This document shows, in pieces, positions 29,658 to 37,394 of a DNA stretch of 64,000 nucleotides. The stretch covers positions 3,580,366-3,644,365 of the forward strand of contig JAXLQW010000001.1 in the NCBI GenBank assembly GCA_046331385.1, written 5' to 3'. Every line of letters begins with the position of its first letter. Position 1 is the stretch's first letter. A model generated the notes under the pieces. That model was given only the letters and a program-made list of their open reading frames with translations. It made no database searches and had not been told where the DNA came from. The stretch is from Thermoanaerobaculia bacterium (GTDB lineage: Bacteria > Acidobacteriota > Thermoanaerobaculia > Multivoradales > JAGPDF01). The position numbers and the translations under genes were made by a program.

Positions 29658-32600
29658 CCCCTACACTCCTCGTCAGTCCGTCGACGATCAGAACCGGCCA
29701 GAACTGTTCCCCTTGCTCTTGCCTCGCCCATCGAACTCCTCCCACACCAGGTGAAGAACGTTGATGTCATCCACCCACAAGGAGTGAAGCCAGATATTCC
29801 CAGTCACCTGTCGGGCCTCGTTCGTCGAGTGTCGGCCGCTCGATCTCGCGGTCGAGACCTCTCGGTATCGAACGCTAGCCGAGTTCGTCATCCTGTTGAA
29901 GATCTCCCAGGCAACAAAGCATCGCCCCGACGTACCACAGGCAATTCTTGGGTGGCGAGGTTCTCCGCTTGAGCCTCCGTCAACGAGGGCCGGCGCTGCC
30001 AGGGAGTTTCCGGCTTGAGAAACGTCGTCGATCACGAGCTGACTGGAGCCTGTCGCAGGATCCCGCTGGACCCATGAGACCCAGGCTTGCTCGCCTTCGC
30101 CGACCGCGGAGCTAGGCCAAAGTTGGTCCATAGACCCGGTCGAGGCGACCGAGAAGGAATCTCCAAGCGCTTCTCCGTTGGCGTTCAGCCACCTCGCCAT
30201 CACAGTAGCCAAGCCTCCATACGTATTTCGGTTCTCCCAGGTGACCAAGAAGTCCCCGGACGGTGCCTGAGAAGCGTGCGCCCACCTAGGCAGCTCCGAA
30301 TCAGCTTCCTCAACAACAATCGGCGAGAGAATCTCTTTTCCATCGGAGTCGATCGCTTGGGCCCAGAGGGCCCGCGTCCCCTCATCGTTCGATCCGACCC
30401 ACGTGGAGAGCGCCGTACCGCCAGCCCCTTCAGCTGAGCTTCCAGCCGCTAGGCCGGAATTCGGCTGCACCACGAGAACAAAGTCGTCGCTGCCAACAGT
30501 TCCAGGCGCGCCGGCCCACCGAAAGTCCCAAGTATTCCCGGAGACGAATGTCTGAATCAGAGAGTCCTGTCCTGCGAAGCCCGTCCTTGGATTGAACAGG
30601 TAGGCCGAGAAACTGGTCTCGAATCCGACACCCGACAGGTTGATGCGGGCCTTGTCGTTGTGCGGCAGATAGACGACCAGATGATCGGAGTCCCTAGCGA
30701 GGACCATCTGATGGTAGGAGTCTTGAGTTGCATTGTTCTTGATCCTGGATGACTGGCCAGTCTGTTCGTTCGCGACGAGGGTCCAGTAGTCGAGTTGACG
30801 AATGGCATCGCCGAGGTAGCGCTCCGGGTTGCTTGTGGCCGAGGTGCAGATCGTCTGCCACCATGTCTTGTAGTGGTCTTGCGCAACCAAGTTGTGGGGC
30901 CCGGGGCAGTCCTGCGCGGAAGTTGCCCAAGCAGGAATCGGAGTTCTGCCGCAGACCCCCCATTCCCAGAGCCCGACGGAACCAAAGCTGAAGCCGGTCG
31001 CGCCGCTTAGCCAGCTCGTGTACCCAGCTTGGCGCGCTCGAAAGAAATTCCAATCCTGCGGCACGCCTGACGCCGTGGTCGACGTTGGGTAACCCCAGTC
31101 GTAGACAGGCTCGACGTTGACGAGCGGTTTCTTTGGGTTCGCATAGGCCCCTTGAGTCGAGTACCGGACGGTCTGCGGAATTGTCTTCGCGCGAGAAGTC
31201 ATGGCCACGAGGTCCCCACCGTTGTGGCCGCTCTGGAAGCCGTGCAGATTGAGCCATGTGCTGTCATGTACTGGCGCCATTTGATTCGTAGTGATGGTGC
31301 CATGGTGATCTGCAATCATCGGATAGGTCGCGCTCAAGGAGCGAATTGCCCCGCCCGCTATATCCTCGACCGCCTCGACGGTTCGCCCGGGATTGTCCGG
31401 GCCGCAGGAGTAGCCATCCTCGCAGGCTGACGGATTGTTGTCGAAGCCCGGCGAGAGAATCACGAAGTTTCCACGTGTTCGGGCCGCAAGATTTCGAGCG
31501 AAGTCTTCGATCGCTGGGGACGCAGGGTAGGCCTCGTAGGGCGCCGACACGCCGGTAATGTAGACCATGATGCCCTGCTCGTTCGCGTATTCGATCATCG
31601 AATCGAAGCGATCCCAGAAGGCAGGGACCCATCTGGACATACAGTTCGGCCTTGTATTCTCGCGATCGTAGAGCGGGTTCCGATCGTCTGGTGCATGCGT
31701 ATAGGGGCAGGCACCGGCGAGCTCCTCGAAGGGTGGTGCGGGTGTGCCGGCGGCGTTGAGCGGGCCCCAATAAGGGCTCGACGCTTCCTGACCTGCCCAA
31801 GGTGGAATGAGTGCGAGGTGCACGACCGTGAAGCCGTTAGATTTTCGGTTGTCGATGTAAGTCTTCCACTCGTTGCTGCAAGCCTGCGTCGTGGCCATCC
31901 AGGCGGTGTCGCCGTGCCAAAAGAAGTAGGAGCCGTCGTAGTGGTTCGGGGGCAACTGCGTGACTATCCCGGTTCCTCCTTCCACGATCGAGCTCTGGAC
32001 GATCATTCCTTTGTCGTAGAGCGGGTTTCCTGAGGGCGGGCCCACGTTGACGGTAACCAGGCCGCTGGTGACAAGGCCGGCGTCGGTGTTGCAGGGTTGC
32101 GATGGAAGTGAGCTGGAGCAGGTGCTGGACCAATTCCAGGTTCCGGGGAAGGGACCGAAAGCCATGCGAAAGATGAAGCGATCGTGGACCCCGTCAGCGG
32201 CTTTCCCCGCCCAATACGCCAGAGTCCTGTATCGATAGGCCGGGTTCTGACTCCAGGTCAAGTTGATGGTGACCACGACGTCCCGATAGCCGTTCGAGAA
32301 GCTGCCGCTGCTCGTGAGCTCCTTCTGCCAGCATCGCCACTGAAGCGGCGAGCCAGCTGAGCAAGTCGGCAGCGCGGAAGCGTTGTTGCACGACGGCGTC
32401 GAGCCCCCACTGCAGCCGGATCCCTGGGCCAACACTTCGCAGCAGGAGAGCAGGGATGCGAGCAAGACGCAGCTGGAAACGAAATGTCGAGCCTTGGCAT
32501 GATTTCCGAACATTTCTCGGCCTCCGAAGCTGAGCTCAATACCCTCATGGAGAGCTCGCTAGTTTGTGCTCCCACCAGTGGCTTCTCTTTCGTGCTCCGA

Positions 32601-32780
32601 CACCACGTGTTGCACGCAAGAGCCTCTAGGAGAATCCAGGGCGTCGATGCGACTGTGAAGCGCGTATCGAAGACAGTCGCCACCCGTTCGGGTGGCGCTG
32701 AAAAGCCTGCGAGGCGGGCGGTAGGGCGCCTGGAAACTACAACTGCGCTCGGTAGGCCGTGATGCTCGCTGGGCGGGACG
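28640..32780. other. Compositionally atypical lower-GC segment (about 4.1 kb), a putative horizontally acquired island.
   Basis: By eye the segment has clearly lower GC than the ~70% flanks. Third codon positions are frequently A or T (aat, cat, ttt, gga, tca, aca), whereas flanking genes are almost exclusively G/C-ending. The left edge falls inside CDS 27612..29657, and the right edge falls in the intergenic region before moaB. Confidence 0.5.
29688..32513 (-). CDS. Secreted Cys/Ser/Thr/Trp-rich protein: signal peptide, a putative TIM-barrel glycoside-hydrolase-like core (DUF4038/GH140-like 'FFWHGDTAW' motif), and a C-terminal region of the same Trp-containing repeats as the downstream gene.
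   Basis: The 941-aa ORF has the signal MFGNHAKARHFVSSCVLLASLLSCCEVLAQ. The core includes YDGSYFFWHGDTAWMATTQ...GFTVVHLALIPPW...DRFDSMIEYANEQGIMVYITGV. The C-terminal repeats are FLVTWENRNTYGGLATVMARWLNANGEALGDSF, AWVSWVQRDPATGSS and CFVAWEIFNRMTNSASV. The whole gene lies inside the low-GC island. The hydrolase family assignment is from memory of the motif only. Confidence 0.5.
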   Translation of the reverse strand: MFGNHAKARHFVSSCVLLASLLSCCEVLAQGSGCSGGSTPSCNNASALPTCSAGSPLQWRCWQKELTSSGSFSNGYRDVVVTINLTWSQNPAYRYRTLAYWAGKAADGVHDRFIFRMAFGPFPGTWNWSSTCSSSLPSQPCNTDAGLVTSGLVTVNVGPPSGNPLYDKGMIVQSSIVEGGTGIVTQLPPNHYDGSYFFWHGDTAWMATTQACSNEWKTYIDNRKSNGFTVVHLALIPPWAGQEASSPYWGPLNAAGTPAPPFEELAGACPYTHAPDDRNPLYDRENTRPNCMSRWVPAFWDRFDSMIEYANEQGIMVYITGVSAPYEAYPASPAIEDFARNLAARTRGNFVILSPGFDNNPSACEDGYSCGPDNPGRTVEAVEDIAGGAIRSLSATYPMIADHHGTITTNQMAPVHDSTWLNLHGFQSGHNGGDLVAMTSRAKTIPQTVRYSTQGAYANPKKPLVNVEPVYDWGYPTSTTASGVPQDWNFFRARQAGYTSWLSGATGFSFGSVGLWEWGVCGRTPIPAWATSAQDCPGPHNLVAQDHYKTWWQTICTSATSNPERYLGDAIRQLDYWTLVANEQTGQSSRIKNNATQDSYHQMVLARDSDHLVVYLPHNDKARINLSGVGFETSFSAYLFNPRTGFAGQDSLIQTFVSGNTWDFRWAGAPGTVGSDDFVLVVQPNSGLAAGSSAEGAGGTALSTWVGSNDEGTRALWAQAIDSDGKEILSPIVVEEADSELPRWAHASQAPSGDFLVTWENRNTYGGLATVMARWLNANGEALGDSFSVASTGSMDQLWPSSAVGEGEQAWVSWVQRDPATGSSQLVIDDVSQAGNSLAAPALVDGGSSGEPRHPRIACGTSGRCFVAWEIFNRMTNSASVRYREVSTARSSGRHSTNEARQVTGNIWLHSLWVDDINVLHLVWEEFDGRGKSKGNSSGRF

Positions 32781-32844
32781 AGCCGGGGGTTCGGCAGAGG
32801 GCAGATGGGCATCTCGCGGTCGGGGCCCGTGCTAGCTTCGCGGT

Positions 32845-33354
32845 GTGGGAGTCGAGGAGCATCGGGCGGCGGCGAAGACGGCGCTGGGGTTCGCGGTGTT
32901 GACCGTGAGCGACACGCGCAACCGGGCGACCGACGAGGGTGGGGCGCTCGTGGCCGAGCTCGCGGTCGCGGCCGGGCATAGGGTGGTCGATCGCAAGATC
33001 GTGCTCGACGAGGCCGACGCCATCCGCGGCGCGGTCGCTTCGGCGCTCGCCGACCGAGCGACCGACGTGGTGATCGCCACCGGCGGCACCGGCCTCTCGC
33101 CGCGCGACGTCACGGTCGAGGCGGTGCGGCCGCTCTTCGAACGCGAGATCGAGGGCTTCGGCGAGCTTTTCCGGGTGAACTCCTGGAGCGAAGTCGGACC
33201 GGCGGCGATGCTCTCGCGCGCCACCGCCGGCCTGGCGCGCGGCAAGGCGATCTTCCTCCTGCCCGGTTCCCCGAAGGCGGTACGGCTGGCGATGGAGAAA
33301 CTGATCCTGCCCGAAGCCGGGCACCTGCTCGCCCAGGCGCGACGCGCCGACTGA
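32845..33354 (+). CDS. moaB: Molybdenum cofactor biosynthesis protein B (MoaB/MogA family).
   Basis: The 169-aa ORF reads LGFAVLTVSDTRN...VIATGGTGLSPRDVTVEAVRPLFEREIEGFGELFR...IFLLPGSPKAVRLAMEKLILPE. It aligns along its full length with E. coli MoaB (GGTG and the EGFGE motif). Confidence 0.8.
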   Translation: MGVEEHRAAAKTALGFAVLTVSDTRNRATDEGGALVAELAVAAGHRVVDRKIVLDEADAIRGAVASALADRATDVVIATGGTGLSPRDVTVEAVRPLFEREIEGFGELFRVNSWSEVGPAAMLSRATAGLARGKAIFLLPGSPKAVRLAMEKLILPEAGHLLAQARRAD

Positions 33355-33402
33355 GGCGCGAGCCCCGCCGCCAGAGACGCCGCCGGGCGCCCCGCCCGAG
33401 AT

Positions 33403-33681
33403 CTACTTCGAGTCCCCTCCCCGCAGCAGGCGCAGGACGAGCAGGAAGAGGAGCGCGCCCAGCGTGGCGACGATCAGGCTGTGGACGTCGAAGCCCGCGA
33501 AACCGCCGAAGCCGAGCAACGTGGCGACGAAGCCGCCGACGATCGAGCCCACGATGCCGGTCGCGAGCGTCATGAAGCAGCCCATCTTGTCGCGGCCGGG
33601 GAGGAAGAAGCGCGCCAGGGCACCGGCGAGCAGACCCATCAGGATCCACGAGAAGAGACCCATCATCGCGAATTTCGGCAT
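33403..33681 (-). CDS. GlsB/YeaQ/YmgE-family small membrane stress-response protein (transglycosylase-associated protein family).
   Basis: The 92-aa ORF reads MGLFSWILMGLLAGALARFFLPGRDKMGCFMTLATGIVGSIVGGFVATLLGFGG...HSLIVATLGALLFLLVLRLLRG. This is the typical family signature. Confidence 0.8.
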   Translation of the reverse strand: MPKFAMMGLFSWILMGLLAGALARFFLPGRDKMGCFMTLATGIVGSIVGGFVATLLGFGGFAGFDVHSLIVATLGALLFLLVLRLLRGGDSK

Positions 33682-33783
33682 CGGATCCTCCTTGTCGACG
33701 GGGAGTGTAGCCGAGGGCCGGGCGACCCGCGGCGGGCGCGGGCGCGGCGGGCGGCGAGCGCCCGCCTGCTAGGCTCGGGCGCG

Positions 33784-36423
33784 ATGTCCGCGCGCCCGAA
33801 ACTGATCCTGATCGACGGCTACAACAACATCTTCCGGGCCTTCTACGCCATCCGGAACCTGTCCAATTCGAAAGGCCTGCCGACCAACGCGGTCTACGGT
33901 TTCGTCCAGATGCTGCGCAAGATGCTGCGCGACGAGAAGCCCGACTTCGTCGGCATCGCGCTCGACCTCGGCGAGCCGACCGTGCGCAGCGACAAGTTCG
34001 CCGACTACAAGGCCAACCGCGCCCCGATGCCCGAGGACCTGCGGCCGCAGATCCCGTACGTGCGGCGCGCGATCGAGGCCTTCCGCATCCCGATCCTCGA
34101 GCTCGAGAGCTACGAGGCCGACGACGTCCTCGGCACCCTGGCGAAGAAGGCCGCCGCCGCCGGCTACGAGGTCGAGCTGGTCTCGGCCGACAAGGACCTG
34201 ATGCAGCTCGTGGCGCCGCACGTCTCGGTTCTCCACTCCGGGCGCGGCAAGCGCTACGACGAGGCGGCGGTCGAAGAGGAGTGGGGCGTGCCGCCGGCGA
34301 AGGTGATCGACGTTCTGGCGCTGATGGGCGACGCGGTCGACAACGTGCCGGGAGTGCCGGGGATCGGCGAGAAAGGCGCCAAGCAGCTCGTCGCCGAGCA
34401 CGGCTCGGTCGAGGCGCTGCTCGACAAGGCAAGCGAGATCCCGCGCAAGGCCTACCGCGAGGGGTTGCAGACGCACCGCGAGCAGGCGCTGCTGTCGAAA
34501 GAGCTGGTGACCATCCACACGAACCTGCCGGTCGAGCTCGAGCCCGAACTGCTGCGACTCGACCCGCCGGACGTCGAGGCGCTGCGCGCGCTCTACGGCG
34601 AGCTCGAGTTCCACACCCTGCTCGCGGAGCTCGGTGCCCCCGAGCGCGCCGACGCCCCACCGCCGGGAACCGACGGGCTCGCCGAGCTCGCCGACCCCGA
34701 AGCGGTGCGGGCGGCCTTCGCGGCGCTCCCCGGCCGCTGGGCGGTGGCGCTCGCCGGCGGCGCGCCGGCGGCGCTGGCGATCGGCGGGGCGGACGGCGGG
34801 CCGATCGACTGGCTCGACCTGCGGCGGCCGGAGCTGCGCGCGGCGGCCGCGGCGGCGCTCGTCGAGCGCTGCGCGCGCTCGGGCGACGAGATCGTCGGCC
34901 ACGATCTCAAGGAGCTGCTCCGCCTGGCCGGCGTCGGCCGCCGTTGCGGCGCGCGGCTCTTCGACCTGATGCTCGCCTCCTACCTGTCGCGCCCCTCGCT
35001 CCACGGCCACACGCTCGAGGAGATCGCGACCGAGAAGCTCGCCGCGGCGTCGCGCTCGGCCAAGGACGCGGGATTCGACAAGGGCCAGGAACCGGCGCTC
35101 GGCGACCCACGCCTCGGCGCCTGGGCCGGCGAGCGGCTCGAGCTCGCGCGCCGGCTCGCCCCACGGCTGGCCGAGGACCTCGCCGAGGGGCGCCTGCGCG
35201 AGGTCTTCGACACCATCGAGATCCCGCTCGTGCCGGTCCTGGTGGCGATGGAGGAGGCGGGGATCCTGCTCGACCTGCCCTTTCTCGCCGCGTTCTCCTC
35301 CGAGCTCGGCGCCGAGCTCGCGGCGCTCGAGGCGGCGATCTACGAGCTCGCCGGCGAGCGCTTCAACATCCAGTCGCCGCAGCAGCTCGGGACGATCCTG
35401 TTCGAGAAGCTGAAGCTGCCGGCCCGGCGGCGGACGCAGAAGACCAAGAGCTACTCGACCGACGCCGAGACCCTCGAGGAGCTCGCAGCCGCCGGGCACG
35501 AGCTACCGCAGAAGCTGCTGCGTTACCGCGAGCACTCGAAGCTCAAGTCGACCTACGTCGACGCCCTGCCGGCGATCGCCGGCGAGGACGGCCGGGTGCG
35601 TACGCGCTATCAACAGGCGGTGGCGGCGACCGGCCGGCTCTCCTCGGTCAACCCCAACCTGCAGAACATCCCGATCCGCACCGAGCTCGGCGGACGGATC
35701 CGGCGCGCGTTCCGCGCACCGGACGGCTTCCTGCTCGTGGCCGCCGACTACAGCCAGATCGAGCTGCGCCTCCTGGCCCACATCGCTCGCGAACCGGCGC
35801 TGATCGCGGCTTTCGCGAGCGGCGAGGACATCCACCGCGCGACCGCCGCGGCGGTGCTCGGGCTGGCGCCCGAGCTGGTGTCGGGCGAGCAGCGCCGCGC
35901 CGCCAAGGCGATCAATTTCGGCCTCATGTACGGCATGGGGGCTTTCGGACTGGCGACCCAACTCGGGATCTCGAAGCCCGAGGCCGAGTCCTTCATCGCC
36001 ACCTACTTCGCGCGCTACGGCGGCGTCCAGACCTACATGCGGGAGACCCTCGCCGAGGTCGAGAAGACCGGCCGGGTCGAGACCCTCTTCGGCCGCGTCC
36101 GCTACCTGCCGGACATTCAGTCGAAGAACTGGAACTTGCGCGAGAACGCCCGGCGGATGGCGATCAACGCCCGCATCCAGGGGACCGCGGCCGACCTGAT
36201 GAAGCTGGCGATGATCGCCGTCGACCGCCGCCTGGCCGCCGAGCACCCGCGGGCGCGCCTGCTGCTCTCGGTCCACGACGAGCTGGTGCTCGAGGCCCCG
36301 GCGGCGCAAGCCGAGGCGGTCGCCGCCCTGGTGAAGCGCGAGATGGAGGGGGTCGCCCGCCTCGCGGTCCCCCTGGTGGTCGACACCGGGATCGGTCCGA
36401 ACTGGGGAGAGGCCAAGAGCTAG
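33784..36423 (+). CDS. polA: DNA polymerase I.
   Basis: The true start is MSARPKLILIDGYNNIFRAFYA (5'-3' exonuclease N-terminus). Downstream are a 3'-5' exo-like domain and the polymerase motifs RRAAKAINFGLMYGM and LLSVHDELVLE. The protein is about 880 aa. The upstream 101 codons of the ORF are artefact. Confidence 0.95.
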   Translation: MSARPKLILIDGYNNIFRAFYAIRNLSNSKGLPTNAVYGFVQMLRKMLRDEKPDFVGIALDLGEPTVRSDKFADYKANRAPMPEDLRPQIPYVRRAIEAFRIPILELESYEADDVLGTLAKKAAAAGYEVELVSADKDLMQLVAPHVSVLHSGRGKRYDEAAVEEEWGVPPAKVIDVLALMGDAVDNVPGVPGIGEKGAKQLVAEHGSVEALLDKASEIPRKAYREGLQTHREQALLSKELVTIHTNLPVELEPELLRLDPPDVEALRALYGELEFHTLLAELGAPERADAPPPGTDGLAELADPEAVRAAFAALPGRWAVALAGGAPAALAIGGADGGPIDWLDLRRPELRAAAAAALVERCARSGDEIVGHDLKELLRLAGVGRRCGARLFDLMLASYLSRPSLHGHTLEEIATEKLAAASRSAKDAGFDKGQEPALGDPRLGAWAGERLELARRLAPRLAEDLAEGRLREVFDTIEIPLVPVLVAMEEAGILLDLPFLAAFSSELGAELAALEAAIYELAGERFNIQSPQQLGTILFEKLKLPARRRTQKTKSYSTDAETLEELAAAGHELPQKLLRYREHSKLKSTYVDALPAIAGEDGRVRTRYQQAVAATGRLSSVNPNLQNIPIRTELGGRIRRAFRAPDGFLLVAADYSQIELRLLAHIAREPALIAAFASGEDIHRATAAAVLGLAPELVSGEQRRAAKAINFGLMYGMGAFGLATQLGISKPEAESFIATYFARYGGVQTYMRETLAEVEKTGRVETLFGRVRYLPDIQSKNWNLRENARRMAINARIQGTAADLMKLAMIAVDRRLAAEHPRARLLLSVHDELVLEAPAAQAEAVAALVKREMEGVARLAVPLVVDTGIGPNWGEAKS

Positions 36424-36512
36424 CCGCGACGTGCCCGCGGCGCCCGAACGCCGCCGGGTCGACTTGCGGCGGTCTCTCCGGGTAGCATCCATCCTCCGGA
36501 GACCGCCCGACG

Positions 36513-37337
36513 ATGCTTCGCCGACTCCTTCCGCTGCTGCTCCTCGCCGCCCTCGCCGCTCCACCGGCCGGGGCGACCGCCGGGTTCTCCTTCTACGGCA
36601 CGACGCTCACCAACCGGACCTTCAACCGGCCGAACACCGACTTGACGACCCTGTCGGGCAAGACGACCCAGTACCACCAGCAGGCGTTCTTCGTGAACTC
36701 GGCGGCGGTCTGCGACCTGCGCAGCGCCCAAGAGGGGACTTTCGACGGCCTGATCTACCTCTACCGGGGCGCCTTCGACCCCACCTCGCCGTTGGTCAAC
36801 CTGATCGCCGCCAACGACAACGGCGGACTCGGCGTGGGGACCTCGGACCTCGCCGGAGTCGCGCTCGGCGCCGATCAGAGCTACTACCTGATCACCACCT
36901 CGGTCGAGCCGGCGGTGACCGGCAACTTCACCAATTTCGTCGAGTGCAGCGGGGCGACCCGCATCCTCGCCGGCGACGGCGCCATGCCGTCGCTCGACGG
37001 GCGCTATTCGGAGCTCAACCGCGGGCGATTCCGCATCAGCGCCACCTGGAAGGACTTCCAGGGCCATACCGGCAACGGCACCTTCGTGCCCCTCGGCTCG
37101 GAGGATTCGGGCATCCTCTGGTTCTTCTCGCCCTCGAACTTCGAGGTGATGATCAAGATCCTGAACGGCTGCGACCTGAACAACCGCTACTGGGTCTTCT
37201 ACGCCGCGCTGACCACGGTCGAGTTCCACTTGACGGTCTACGACACCTTCGCCGAGGTCACCAAGACCTACGACAACGCGCTCGGCGTCTCGGCGCAGGC
37301 GACGACCGACACCGCCGCCTTCGCCACCTGCCCCTAG
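36513..37337 (+). CDS. Small secreted protein with an unknown N-terminal domain and one copy of the same uncharacterised C-terminal '...AFATCP' domain found twice in CDS 27612..29657.
   Basis: The 274-aa ORF has the signal peptide MLRRLLPLLLLAALAAPPAGATAG. The C-terminal 100 aa are RFRISATWKDFQGHTGNGTFVPLGSEDSGILWFFSPSNFEVMIKILNGCDLNNRYWVFYAALTTVEFHLTVYDTF...YDNALG...DTAAFATCP. This region is colinear with both domain copies of the 681-aa protein. Confidence 0.6.
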   Translation: MLRRLLPLLLLAALAAPPAGATAGFSFYGTTLTNRTFNRPNTDLTTLSGKTTQYHQQAFFVNSAAVCDLRSAQEGTFDGLIYLYRGAFDPTSPLVNLIAANDNGGLGVGTSDLAGVALGADQSYYLITTSVEPAVTGNFTNFVECSGATRILAGDGAMPSLDGRYSELNRGRFRISATWKDFQGHTGNGTFVPLGSEDSGILWFFSPSNFEVMIKILNGCDLNNRYWVFYAALTTVEFHLTVYDTFAEVTKTYDNALGVSAQATTDTAAFATCP

Positions 37338-37394
37338 CCGGGCGCGCGCTTTTCACAGCTCGGCCGCGGAGCGGGGGTGTAGAGTCCCCGGACC

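Noticed and set aside
32514-32844. A 330-bp intergenic region at the right island boundary, checked for tRNA, att repeats or an integrase remnant.
   Set aside because: No cloverleaf-like or direct-repeat structure could be recognised by eye. It is left as an unannotated boundary.
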